Shown: positions 10,367 to 20,111 of the stretch, piece by piece
How positions within the stretch are numbered: position 1 is the stretch's first letter
How the letters are laid out: the number at the start of each line of letters is the position of its first letter
Origin: Syntrophorhabdaceae bacterium
Lineage (GTDB): Bacteria; Desulfobacterota; Syntrophorhabdia; Syntrophorhabdales; Syntrophorhabdaceae
Assembly (NCBI GenBank): GCA_963665295.1
Contig: OY762209.1
Coordinates: forward strand, 640,001-704,000
Reading direction: 5' to 3'
Length of the DNA stretch: 64,000 nucleotides
Notes under the pieces: generated by a model
Database searches by the model: none
The model's input: only the letters and a program-made list of their open reading frames with translations
What the model was told of the DNA's origin: nothing
Program-made: the position numbers and the translations under genes

Positions 10367-12226
10367 ATGGACGACCGGATAGACGTGAATGCCCTTTTTC
10401 TCGGGCCCAAATCCGAGAATTATCAATTTTTTAAGGAGATGCTCAATTTTCTCATGGACGACCATGCGGAGTGGCGACGCTATTTTCATCCGGAAGATCA
10501 GCCTATTGTGACCCGCGAGGCACAGGAGGAAGCCGGTTTTCTCTCCACCCTGCAGAGGACCCGCGAGGCCCTCGTCGAATTGGCGGGCAACCTGCAGCTC
10601 TCGTCCACTCCGTGGTTCTCTCCGCGCTACCTTGGCCACATGACCACCGACACCCTGATGGCCGCCAATCTTGGCTATATGCTGACTCTTCTTTATAACC
10701 CCAATAACTGCGCCTTCGAGGGCTCTCCCGCAACCACTGCCCTGGAAATAGAGGTAGGTCGGCAACTGGCGGAACTCATGGGTTATGACCCGCAAAAGGC
10801 CTGGGGACATATTACATCAGGCGGGACCGTGGCGAACTACGAGGCCCTCTGGATGGCCCGCAACCTGAAATCGATTCCCGCCGCGGTGAGGGCGGTGCAG
10901 CCCGAACTTGTCACCGGTCTGGATGATTGGCAACTGTCGAACCTTCCCACTGCCCGGGTCCTCGACCTGCTCGATGCAATCAAGGCATCGGGGCGCTTTG
11001 AGGAGGTGCGGCAAAATTGCGTACGGGGCGTGGGCATGAAAGGTAATGGAATGGGCAAGGTTCTCGTCCCCCAATCAAAACACTATTCCTGGACAAAGGC
11101 CGCCGATATCCTGGGTATCGGGCAGGAGAACCTTATCTCCATTCCCGTGGGACCGAACTACCGTATGGACACGAAAGCCCTGAAGCGTCGCATCGACTCA
11201 CTTATCGCAGAAAAGACACCCGTACTCGCGGTGGTGGCTGTCGTGGGCACCACAGAAGAAGGCGCGGTGGACGAAGTCCATGAGATCGTGAGACTCAGAG
11301 ACCGGTATGAGGATCAGGGGGTATCGTTCTATCTGCACGTTGACGCAGCCTACGGGGGCTATGCGCGGGCCCTGTTCCTGGACGAGGGCATGCGGTTCAT
11401 GGAATATGCCGAAGTCGGCAGGCAACATGCCCGGCAAGGCGTGCTGCACCACGATACCGACTGGCTGAATGTGAGCGTATATGAGGCCTTCAAGGCCACG
11501 AGCGAGGCGGATTCCATCACGGTAGATCCCCACAAGCTGGGTTACGTCCCCTATGCGGCGGGAGCCATCGTGGCCAAGGACCGCCGTGTAATAGACATAA
11601 TCTCCTATTTCGCCTCCTATGTCTTTGAAAAGGACGAGGTGAGCCCCATGTTGCTGGGAAGCTACATCATGGAGGGTTCGAAGGCCGGTGCGACTGTGGC
11701 CGCCGTCTGGATGGCCCACCGTGTCGTCCCCCTCAACATCAAGGGCTACGGACGTATTATAGGGCACAGCATCGAAGGTGCTTTCCGCTTCTATCGCTCC
11801 CTTGAATCCCACGGTACATTTGCCGTCCATGGCAGAGAGTTCGAAATCGTCACCCTCACCGCTCCGGACATCAATGTTGTGGACTATGCCGTCCACGAAA
11901 AAGGCAACGGAAGCCTGGAGGAGATGAACAGGCTGAACCGGATGATCTATGAGCAGTGTTCGTATAAATCCGGTCCGTTATACACAAATGAGTTCATCAC
12001 CTCCAAGACCTCCCTGACCAGGGAAGAATATGACGACGCACCCTTCTCTTTCCTTGAGAAACTGGGAATAGGCAGAGACGAATGGGAGGCAACGGGAAGC
12101 GTGTATGTCCTCCGTTCCTGCGTCGTCACCCCCTACCTCGTTCACAACACTTACGAGGCATACTGGAACAGCTTCATAGAGGCCATGAAAACAGCCGTGG
12201 CCCGCGTCCATCAAGCGCAGCCTTGA
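10367..12226 (+). CDS. Group II PLP-dependent decarboxylase, tyrosine decarboxylase-like
   Basis: NALFLGPKSEN N-terminus, GHITSGGTVANYEALW, HVDAAYGGY, SITVDPHK (PLP lysine), ~620 aa. Confidence 0.85.
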   Translation: MDDRIDVNALFLGPKSENYQFFKEMLNFLMDDHAEWRRYFHPEDQPIVTREAQEEAGFLSTLQRTREALVELAGNLQLSSTPWFSPRYLGHMTTDTLMAANLGYMLTLLYNPNNCAFEGSPATTALEIEVGRQLAELMGYDPQKAWGHITSGGTVANYEALWMARNLKSIPAAVRAVQPELVTGLDDWQLSNLPTARVLDLLDAIKASGRFEEVRQNCVRGVGMKGNGMGKVLVPQSKHYSWTKAADILGIGQENLISIPVGPNYRMDTKALKRRIDSLIAEKTPVLAVVAVVGTTEEGAVDEVHEIVRLRDRYEDQGVSFYLHVDAAYGGYARALFLDEGMRFMEYAEVGRQHARQGVLHHDTDWLNVSVYEAFKATSEADSITVDPHKLGYVPYAAGAIVAKDRRVIDIISYFASYVFEKDEVSPMLLGSYIMEGSKAGATVAAVWMAHRVVPLNIKGYGRIIGHSIEGAFRFYRSLESHGTFAVHGREFEIVTLTAPDINVVDYAVHEKGNGSLEEMNRLNRMIYEQCSYKSGPLYTNEFITSKTSLTREEYDDAPFSFLEKLGIGRDEWEATGSVYVLRSCVVTPYLVHNTYEAYWNSFIEAMKTAVARVHQAQP

Positions 12227-12306
12227 CGGATGACTGATAAGGCATGCCATCATGAAGGCGGCGACCGGCCAAAAAGGACAGGGAGTTTCTCGCCTTCGAC
12301 GTAAGC

Positions 12307-14229
12307 CTATGGTTGCTGTGTCACGGTAAAGGTCTTATTCTTTGATGGGTTGCCGGCAATATATACTTTTATCTTTCCGTTTCTCTGCTTTCCGGTCGCG
12401 TTCTGTGTGACCCAATAATTGACCCTGTCCGCCGTCATGGAAGAGACGCTTAACCATGGGGCCCCGGAGCTCACCTCCGCGTTCCATGCGCAACCTGCGG
12501 GAACGGTCACGGCAAAGGATGTGGACTGGGGCGAGGACGTGGGGGTGGCGCTCGTGGGCCAAAAGGCGGTGACGGCGCACGGCATGCCTGCCTGGGCGAC
12601 GCCGAAAGTCTCGCCGCCTATGGCGACGGTGCCGCTTCTGGCGATAGCCGTGGCGTTCGCGCTTGCGGTAATCCTCACTGAACCTTTGTTATTCTTGAAC
12701 GAAACGAGGTCGGCGCTGAACCATGTGTCCGAGGCGGCGATATAGGGACTGCTGCAACTCTTCGCCCCTTTGGCGGCAACCGTGACATTTGCGTATCCTT
12801 CCTTATAGGAGAAAGATTTCTTCCTGGGAGAAACGGGGTAGCTGCATGTCACTTTGTCGAAGGCGGCCCATACGGACCTGTTTGCCTTCATGGAGACCTT
12901 GCATGTCCCCGTGCCGGTGCAGTCACCGGACCATCCCGCAAAGACGCAATCCGTGTCGGGTTGGGCAGTGAGGGACACGGAAGCGCCTTTCCCGTAACTC
13001 GCACTGCAGGCAACGCCACAGGCGATGCCTGAAGAGTTGGAGGTGACCGTACCTGTGCCGGTCCCTGATTTGGCGACCACAAGCGTGGGGAGATCGGGAA
13101 GAGGTTCAAACACGCCTGTGTGCGTAAGGTCATGATGGAACATGGGCCACGGTGACGAGGCAAGGCCCGCGGACGAACTGTGGATGGCATAGAGCTTATG
13201 GTCCTCCGACCCCACATAGATGGTCTTGTCCGCGCCGATGACGGGGGAAGAGGTGACCGGGCCTCCCGTGGCATAGGACCACTTGAGGCTGCCTTTTGGA
13301 TCGACGGCATAAAGGCTGGAGTTATCCGAACCCACATAGATGATCCCGTCGGCCCCGATGGCAGGAGAGACAATGCCTCCCGCGGCATAAGACCACTTGA
13401 GGCTGCCGTTGGGACTGACCGCATAGAGGCTGTCCGATTCCACATAGATGGTTTGGTCGGCTCCGATGGAGGGAGAAGAGGTAACCGGGCCTCCCGTGAC
13501 ATAGGACCACTTGAGGCTGCCGTCGGAATTGACGGCCCAAAGATTGAAGCCCTGCGATCCCACATAGATGGTCCCGTCGGCTCCGATAGACGGGGAAGAG
13601 GTGATCGAATTTCCCGTGGCGAAGGACCACCTGAGGCTACCGAGGGAATTGATGGCATAGAGCCTGGTGTCCGTCCCGGCAACGCCCGACCCCACATATA
13701 TGGCCCCGTCGGCTCCGATGGCGGGGGAAGAGATGATCCCGTCTCCCGTGGCATAGGCCCATTTAAGGGTACCGTTGGGATTGACGGCATAGAGATTGCT
13801 GTCCAGGGACCCCACATAGATGGTCCCGTCGGCCCCGATGGCGGGGGAAGAGGTGACGGCCGTCCCCGAGGTCGTGTTTCCCGTGTCGTAAGACCACTTA
13901 GGCCAACCATTCGTGGTGAAGGCGTAGAGATTGCCGTCGTCCGACACCACATAGATGGTTCCGTCGGCCCCGATGGCGGGGGAAGAGGTGATCGGGCCTC
14001 CCACGGCATAGGCCCATTTAAGGGTACCGTTGGGATTGACGGCATAGAGTCTGTAGTCCTCCGACCCTACGTAGATGGTCCCGTCGGCCCCGATGGCGGG
14101 GGAAGAGATGATCGGTCCTCCCGTGGTATAGGACCACTTGAGGGTGCCCGGCGTTCCCGAGCCATGGACCATGCCGGACGAAATGATAAGGAATACACCT
14201 GCGAACAATCCGTAAACGCATCTTCTCAT
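12307..14229 (-). CDS. Secreted PQQ-like beta-propeller repeat protein with InlB B-repeat-like and BACON-like C-terminal domains
   Basis: Signal peptide; ~8 repeats of SSPAIGADGTIYVGS..LYA.NP.G.LKW; KSGTGTGTVTS...FAGWSGDC module; WLSV...N.TG..R.G.I modules. Confidence 0.85.
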   Translation of the reverse strand: MRRCVYGLFAGVFLIISSGMVHGSGTPGTLKWSYTTGGPIISSPAIGADGTIYVGSEDYRLYAVNPNGTLKWAYAVGGPITSSPAIGADGTIYVVSDDGNLYAFTTNGWPKWSYDTGNTTSGTAVTSSPAIGADGTIYVGSLDSNLYAVNPNGTLKWAYATGDGIISSPAIGADGAIYVGSGVAGTDTRLYAINSLGSLRWSFATGNSITSSPSIGADGTIYVGSQGFNLWAVNSDGSLKWSYVTGGPVTSSPSIGADQTIYVESDSLYAVSPNGSLKWSYAAGGIVSPAIGADGIIYVGSDNSSLYAVDPKGSLKWSYATGGPVTSSPVIGADKTIYVGSEDHKLYAIHSSSAGLASSPWPMFHHDLTHTGVFEPLPDLPTLVVAKSGTGTGTVTSNSSGIACGVACSASYGKGASVSLTAQPDTDCVFAGWSGDCTGTGTCKVSMKANRSVWAAFDKVTCSYPVSPRKKSFSYKEGYANVTVAAKGAKSCSSPYIAASDTWFSADLVSFKNNKGSVRITASANATAIARSGTVAIGGETFGVAQAGMPCAVTAFWPTSATPTSSPQSTSFAVTVPAGCAWNAEVSSGAPWLSVSSMTADRVNYWVTQNATGKQRNGKIKVYIAGNPSKNKTFTVTQQP

Positions 14230-14509
14230 GCCGTATCTCCTTAAGGCCGACCCGCACTCAAGCGCCGGACCGCGCTGCCGGCAACGGAGGGTATGGGCAA
14301 TGCAATGGGGTGGACGCGCCGTGGGGCAATCGCTTTCAGACGGTTTTCTCTCCCGGTCTTACCGGCACGGCGTTCAAGGATATCCCCATTTCATATGGTA
14401 CTGAATGAACGGTTTTGGTGTCAATGTTTTTTGAAAAAAGAGCATAGTTCCGACAGAAGGGACTGCTTCGCCGTTGCGGCGCTGCCTTGGGACAACGATG
14501 GCAATCAGG

Positions 14510-14743
14510 TTATTTCAACAGGGTTCGTTCCCATCCCGGGTGATACTTGAATGAAACGCTGATTCTTACCCTGTAGCCGACCGGCTTCCCGTTTTCCAGC
14601 ACTACATCCTGTCTCACCACCTCACCGACACGGAGGTCCATGACGCTCTTCGCGGCAGTCTCTACGGCCTGTCGTGCTGCGTCTTCCCATGAGACTGCGC
14701 TGGTTCCTACAATCTCATTAATGACATACACACTTTCCGCCAT
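14510..14743 (-). CDS. Dodecin family flavin-binding protein
   Basis: EIVGTS..SWEDAA..AVETA.KS..DLR...V..YRV....SFKY; GGAGG RBS. Confidence 0.88.
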   Translation of the reverse strand: MAESVYVINEIVGTSAVSWEDAARQAVETAAKSVMDLRVGEVVRQDVVLENGKPVGYRVRISVSFKYHPGWERTLLK

Positions 14744-14980
14744 AACAGCCTCCTTATGTATTTGCGTCTTTGAGGATGCCTATGTTGTTAATAGGCATCC
14801 ATAAGAGACATGTCAAGGCAGCGTCCATCACGAAAAGGAACGCCGGGAGGCCGGGGTTGACGGCGATGGAACCCCGTGGAGAAACCCGGCGATCCGCGCC
14901 GCGGGAGGTGGGACGGGCAAAGGCCGTTACCCGGCTTGACATGGGGTCGATTGGCGGCTATGTTTAGGTGTAGAGACTTT

Positions 14981-15490
14981 ATGAACGTTAAAGACGATAT
15001 ACTGAAAGACAAGACGATACTGATTGTGGACGATGAACCGGACGTCCTGGATACCCTCGGGGAACTCCTTTCCCCGTGCACGGTGGTGAAAGCGGGAACC
15101 TTCGAGGAGGCAAAGGGACAATTGCAAAGCCGACCCTTTGATGCGGCCATCCTGGATATCATGGGGGTCGATGGGTACAAACTCCTGGGAATAGCCGTCG
15201 AAAGAGAGGTCACTGCCGTGATGTTTACCGCCCACAGTCTCAGCCCCGAGAATGTGATGATATCCTACAGGCACGGTGCCGCCTACTTTGTGCCGAAAGA
15301 CAAGATGGATGAGATGCCGGAAATCCTCGGGAACATTTTCGAGGCAAAGCAAAAGGGCCGGAACACGTGGGTGACTTTTTCGGATTGGGCCGAACCGTAT
15401 TACAGGTTCAAGTTCGGGCCCGGGTGGCAAAGGACGAAAGTGGAGTTGGAGGAGGAGTTGGAGACGGTCAAGATCGATAGGATCGCGTAG
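14981..15490 (+). CDS. Response regulator receiver protein with short C-terminal extension
   Basis: ILIVDDEPDV, AILDIMG (phospho-Asp), FTAH; start at ATG 14981 is an estimate. Confidence 0.85.
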   Translation: MNVKDDILKDKTILIVDDEPDVLDTLGELLSPCTVVKAGTFEEAKGQLQSRPFDAAILDIMGVDGYKLLGIAVEREVTAVMFTAHSLSPENVMISYRHGAAYFVPKDKMDEMPEILGNIFEAKQKGRNTWVTFSDWAEPYYRFKFGPGWQRTKVELEEELETVKIDRIA

Positions 15491-15577
15491 GGACCGTTTT
15501 ATGGAGCGAAGTCCGCACAAGATTGCAGTCTTCGCTCCATGCGGCTAATTTTCCCGTCTCAATGATGCAGGCAGGTC

Positions 15578-16168
15578 CTATTTCCCCGGTTTGTACTTCT
15601 CATTACATTTTGCGTCGTTGAAGTCACATACGTTTATGGGACATGTCTTTATATTCTTTCTCGTGGCGAAGTCATAGCACTTTACCTGCAAATTACATCC
15701 CGGCTCACTCTTCGGGCAGGTCAATACCGCGTCTGAACAGCTTGTGCCATGCCATTTGCCGAAATTGTACGTAAAACCGTCGGGGGTCTGGCGCATGTTG
15801 GAGTATCTCCCCTTAAGGTAGTTAATCCATTCCTGTTTCGCAAGGTAGCGCCCGGTGCCCCGTTTGAGGGTAGTAGTTTCCAGCGCAGCCTTTGCTTTGA
15901 GGTAATCCTCATGGGTGAATTGCGTGCATGTGTTCGCGTCCTGCTGGTCGGGCGACAGGCTTGGGGCGGCAGCCTTGATTGGTTCAGGCGCCTGGACTGC
16001 CTGTCCGCCCGTTACCGCATCTTTCGCAGCGGCGGCGTCAGGCACTGCCGGTTTTGGCGCAGCTTGTCCCACAGCGTCCTTTGCGGCGCCCTGTATCGCA
16101 TCCATCAACCCCGCATTGGCCGTTGCAGCAAACCCTATGATAATCAGTACCAGAAACAATTTCCTCAT
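15578..16168 (-). CDS. Secreted hypothetical protein, Ala/Pro-rich linker plus Cys-rich domain
   Basis: Signal peptide (ANA), GGAGG RBS, eight Cys in the C-terminal ~115 aa. Confidence 0.75.
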   Translation of the reverse strand: MRKLFLVLIIIGFAATANAGLMDAIQGAAKDAVGQAAPKPAVPDAAAAKDAVTGGQAVQAPEPIKAAAPSLSPDQQDANTCTQFTHEDYLKAKAALETTTLKRGTGRYLAKQEWINYLKGRYSNMRQTPDGFTYNFGKWHGTSCSDAVLTCPKSEPGCNLQVKCYDFATRKNIKTCPINVCDFNDAKCNEKYKPGK

Positions 16169-16481
16169 AACCCCCTCCTCCTTTTCGTTAATTTATTCTC
16201 ACAGTGTGAATCCTATCCGAGGTAACCGCTCTCTGTCAAGACCAAAACCAGTGTATACCCTATATCAGGGGCGGCGAACCCGGTTTCCCGCTGGGCCGGT
16301 TATATACTTCCACTTCGCGTATCGTGCCTGCAAAACGTGAGGGGCCCCGCTCCAGGACGCATGGTCTCTACTTTTCAAGCCTTTCGGCTGCCGTTCGAAT
16401 CGCGGGAGGCAGGTTCCCTGACAGAAGTTCCATTGCAGTGATGATTGTTGTGGAGAGCAACGTATCGAACCGCGGGAGATT

Positions 16482-16973
16482 TCATTGTCCTAAAACAATG
16501 TTTGGTATGTGTTTCGCCTGCCACTCTTTGCCTTCACTGGAAATATTCGTGATAACGACGCCCGCCTGTGTTTCAAAGGTAATCCTGGGTTTCGCCTGGT
16601 CCCGGAAATCGATGGTACCGGAGGCTATTGCCCCATACTGGTTCTTTCCTTTGATAAGATGGACCCCTTTTGAAACGACCGTTCTTTCGACAAGAAGGTA
16701 GACTTCGGCTTGCGTATATATGCCCGTTCCTGCACCGCCCTCAAAGATGCTCACCACATCTATCGAATACCCGGTATATCTTAAATGACCGACGATTGGA
16801 GGTCTGTAGGATTTGCCGTTTACCATAAATTCCACGGCAATGTTTGTTCCGTAGCCGGAATCAGGGTCAATGGGAAAACAGATTGAATGTGCGAATATTA
16901 TGGAAAGGCACAAGAAGACCGCCCCCATCCTGTGCGCCCCCTCCAACGACCACCGCAGTCCCCGATTCTTCAT
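16482..16973 (-). CDS. Hypothetical exported beta-rich protein (start uncertain)
   Basis: Hydrophobic N-terminal segment followed by a beta-rich region; AT-richer codon usage. Confidence 0.45.
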   Translation of the reverse strand: MKNRGLRWSLEGAHRMGAVFLCLSIIFAHSICFPIDPDSGYGTNIAVEFMVNGKSYRPPIVGHLRYTGYSIDVVSIFEGGAGTGIYTQAEVYLLVERTVVSKGVHLIKGKNQYGAIASGTIDFRDQAKPRITFETQAGVVITNISSEGKEWQAKHIPNIVLGQ

Positions 16974-17243
16974 GCGCCACCATCCCTCAAAGAGCATGAC
17001 CGTCGACTCCATGAACCAGGCCTCTCCATATAATATAATCATTCGCGCCCCCTTACTCCATTTCGAAACCGGCGGGAACATACTTTCGGCCTTGACGTAA
17101 GGCCGGACACTTTTATAAAGTAGAGACGGCAGGAAAGAGATTATCGAGAAGCCTTTCGGATAAAACCGGATTGGGCGTTCGGGTCGAAGGGACAACATGA
17201 ACGCAGCCGGTACTGATAAATTATTGAATCAGGAGGCAGGGCC

Positions 17244-17537
17244 ATGACCGAAACAGAAATAGATATCCTCATGAAATGTTTCATGGATGTGATGACAAAG
17301 GAGTATGGACTCGTGAACGGCACGAGCAAGGAAGTGGTTGCTCAACTCAAGGCAATGAACATCACGGTAGGCGACAACACGGACACTGAGCCTGATCCGG
17401 CCCGGCAAGGGTTGCATGTGGTTCAGAACGTGGACGGCAAACGGGTCCTCCTGTTCTTTATCGGACGGCCTCACCCGGAGGAAGGGGCCATGGTTGTCCG
17501 ATACGGTGTGCCGGTGAAGGGATCAGACTGTAATTAG
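17244..17537 (+). CDS. Hypothetical protein
   Basis: 97 aa ORF with AGGAGG RBS. Confidence 0.6.
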   Translation: MTETEIDILMKCFMDVMTKEYGLVNGTSKEVVAQLKAMNITVGDNTDTEPDPARQGLHVVQNVDGKRVLLFFIGRPHPEEGAMVVRYGVPVKGSDCN

Positions 17538-17596
17538 GGAGTCCGCACCCTGGACAAGGTACTGCGTGGGGCATGTCGGCTGCTGGCGGTAATCAT

Positions 17597-18550
17597 ATGA
17601 AAAAGCTGCTGGAAGATCACGGGTTCATACTGATGGAGGCCTCTATCGTCGAACGGTTGCGCCGGTCGGGTCATGTGCGGCTGCATCCGAGTCTTGCCCA
17701 TGCACCTCTTATCTATGACGATGCAGGCAGGGAAGCCCTCCGGAATATCTATGAAGAGTATATCGATGTTGCTTTCGATGCAGGCGTGCCCTTTCTCATG
17801 TATACGCCCACGTGGCGGGCCAACCGGTCCCGGGCTCTCGAAACGGAACCTTGTCATGCTGTTAATGGCGATGCAGTGCGTTTCATGAGCCGGATCCGTG
17901 AGACCCATCGGTCTGGCGGCGGGCTCATAAAGATCGGCGGGATGATCGGTTGCAAGAATGACTGCTACAACCCGGCGGAAGGCCTCTCCGCCTGTGAATC
18001 CGAAGTATTTCATGCCTGGCAGGTTGAAGAACTGGCGCAGGCGGGTGTGGACTACCTGATCGCCGCGACACTTCCAAACGTTGAAGAAGCAATCGGTATT
18101 GCAAAGGCAATGGAAAAGACAGGTTTACCTTATATCATCAGTTTCGTGATATCCCGGGACGGCTGTGTTCTGGACGGAACGAGTCTCAGCGCCGCCATAG
18201 ACCTCGTTGATTCCAATACCCGTCAAAAACCGGTAGGATTCATGGCGAACTGCTCTTATCCGTCGTTTCTTTGCGCCGCCGATCAACCGGTCTCACTCTT
18301 TACACGGTTCATCGGCTGTCAGGCAAATGCCTCCGCAATGGACCATTGCGATCTCGACAACGCGGATCAATTGGAAGCGGAACCGATATCGGATTGGGGA
18401 AAAGAGATGTTGACCCTCAATCGATCATATGGAGTGAAAATACTGGGCGGTTGTTGCGGAACATCCGCCGGGCACTTGCGCTACCTCGTCGAGCATATAA
18501 ATGGTTCACAACTCCCGGCACGGGAAGATGGTGCTCCCCCACAACGCTGA
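17597..18550 (+). CDS. Homocysteine S-methyltransferase family protein
   Basis: TPTWRAN, DCY.P, ANC, ILGGCCGT zinc ligands. Confidence 0.88.
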   Translation: MKKLLEDHGFILMEASIVERLRRSGHVRLHPSLAHAPLIYDDAGREALRNIYEEYIDVAFDAGVPFLMYTPTWRANRSRALETEPCHAVNGDAVRFMSRIRETHRSGGGLIKIGGMIGCKNDCYNPAEGLSACESEVFHAWQVEELAQAGVDYLIAATLPNVEEAIGIAKAMEKTGLPYIISFVISRDGCVLDGTSLSAAIDLVDSNTRQKPVGFMANCSYPSFLCAADQPVSLFTRFIGCQANASAMDHCDLDNADQLEAEPISDWGKEMLTLNRSYGVKILGGCCGTSAGHLRYLVEHINGSQLPAREDGAPPQR

Positions 18551-18804
18551 AGCGGCACTGTTCCGTCCCTTCTCCGCGTCCGCCTCTTCCCTGTCTTACC
18601 CATGTCCAATGAAAGCTGAAGGCGGGCAATCCTCAAATATCCCTTGACAACCTCATCGATATGGCAAGAGAATATTGAAAGACAGATTATGGTGAACTTC
18701 GAGGCGCCGAAATGCACGGAGGCGAGTCGGAAGCGGGGAAGTCATAGAGATTTCAATAACCTCCTCCGCCTCCAAACGGCAGGCCGGCAGCGGTAAGGTT
18801 CGCG

Positions 18805-20049
18805 ATGGGGTGGGATTTCAGTATGAATATAGACATACGCCGGATGGTCCTGGTGATCGGCAGCGCGATTGATCTCGTGGGGGTGGACGACGCACTCCAT
18901 GGGCGGCGCGTCGGAGTGATCGCCTATGAATGCGCCAAGCACCTCGGCTGGGACCAGAAGGCCCGGAATATGCTCTTTGACGCCGGGCTCCTGCATGACT
19001 GCGGCGTGTCATCAACCCGCGAGCACCATACCATCGTAAGTGAGCTTGATTGGCAGGGCTCTCAGGCCCACTGCCGGAAGGGGTACGAGTTGCTCAAAGA
19101 CTTCAGGCCTCTCGCGCACCTTGCCCCCATCATATTATACCACCATACCCATTGGGAGGACTTGCCGACTCAGAAGTTGTCTCCCCTCGTCTCCCGCTTC
19201 GCGAACCTCATTTACCTCGCGGATCGGATAGACGCACAGGCCATGCCCTATTACACGGATAATTCACTTCTTCTCCACGTGGAAGAGCTTCGGACTCTCA
19301 TGAGCCGATATAGTGGAACGTTTTTTGCGCCCGAGTTAGTCGATGCCTTTCTTTATGCCTCCCAGACCGAAGCATTCTGGTTGGCCCTGGACGCGGATCT
19401 GGTCCACCGTTATATAAGCGAAGTCGGAGGCGACCACAAGAAGCAGCGCATCAGCATAAAGGAGTTGAAACAGTTCGCTCTCATCGTGGCGGATATCGTG
19501 GACGCCAAGTCCCATTTTACTACCGCCCATTCACTGGGCGTGGGCCGGGTTGCCCGACTGTTGGCCGGCAAGATGGGCATCACCGGTAAGCACCTGGACC
19601 TCATTGAGATTGCCGCCCTTCTCCACGACATCGGCAAGCTCCAGATTCCGGACGAAGTGCTGGAAAGCAAGGCAAAGCTCACCATAGAAGAACGGGCGTT
19701 GATAAAAAAACACAGTTATGTCACCTACCAGATATTGCAACGGGTCGGAGGGTTTGAGGAGTTGGTCGATTGGGCTTCCCAACACCATGAATCACTCAGG
19801 GGCGACGGATACCCATTTCACCTGTCGGGCGGCGAAATACCCATCGAGTCCCGGATCATCAAGGTGGCGGATATATATCAGGCCCTCGCCCAGAACCGTC
19901 CCTACAGATCGCCCATGGCTCCCGCCGATATCCTTCGTTTGTTGCGCTCCATGCAGACGGACAGCGAACTCGACCCGACGGTTGTTGATTTCGTTGAACG
20001 TAACCTCGACGAATGCCACAAAGCAGCCATAGGCCCGGAGGTCGAATGA
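18805..20049 (+). CDS. Tandem HD / HD-GYP cyclic-dinucleotide phosphodiesterase
   Basis: N-terminal LLHDCG...HH domain and C-terminal LLHDIGK, HHE..RGDGYP, RPYR. Confidence 0.9.
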   Translation: MGWDFSMNIDIRRMVLVIGSAIDLVGVDDALHGRRVGVIAYECAKHLGWDQKARNMLFDAGLLHDCGVSSTREHHTIVSELDWQGSQAHCRKGYELLKDFRPLAHLAPIILYHHTHWEDLPTQKLSPLVSRFANLIYLADRIDAQAMPYYTDNSLLLHVEELRTLMSRYSGTFFAPELVDAFLYASQTEAFWLALDADLVHRYISEVGGDHKKQRISIKELKQFALIVADIVDAKSHFTTAHSLGVGRVARLLAGKMGITGKHLDLIEIAALLHDIGKLQIPDEVLESKAKLTIEERALIKKHSYVTYQILQRVGGFEELVDWASQHHESLRGDGYPFHLSGGEIPIESRIIKVADIYQALAQNRPYRSPMAPADILRLLRSMQTDSELDPTVVDFVERNLDECHKAAIGPEVE

Positions 20050-20111
20050 TTTCGACAACCCCATGAAAGGTTCACCCCCCGCCAAAGCCATCTCACCGGT
20101 GCCCCCGCCTT

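Noticed and set aside
12888..14244. Long repetitive alternative-frame ORFs (385 aa and 354 aa)
   Set aside because: Shadows of the repeat-rich propeller gene in GC-rich DNA
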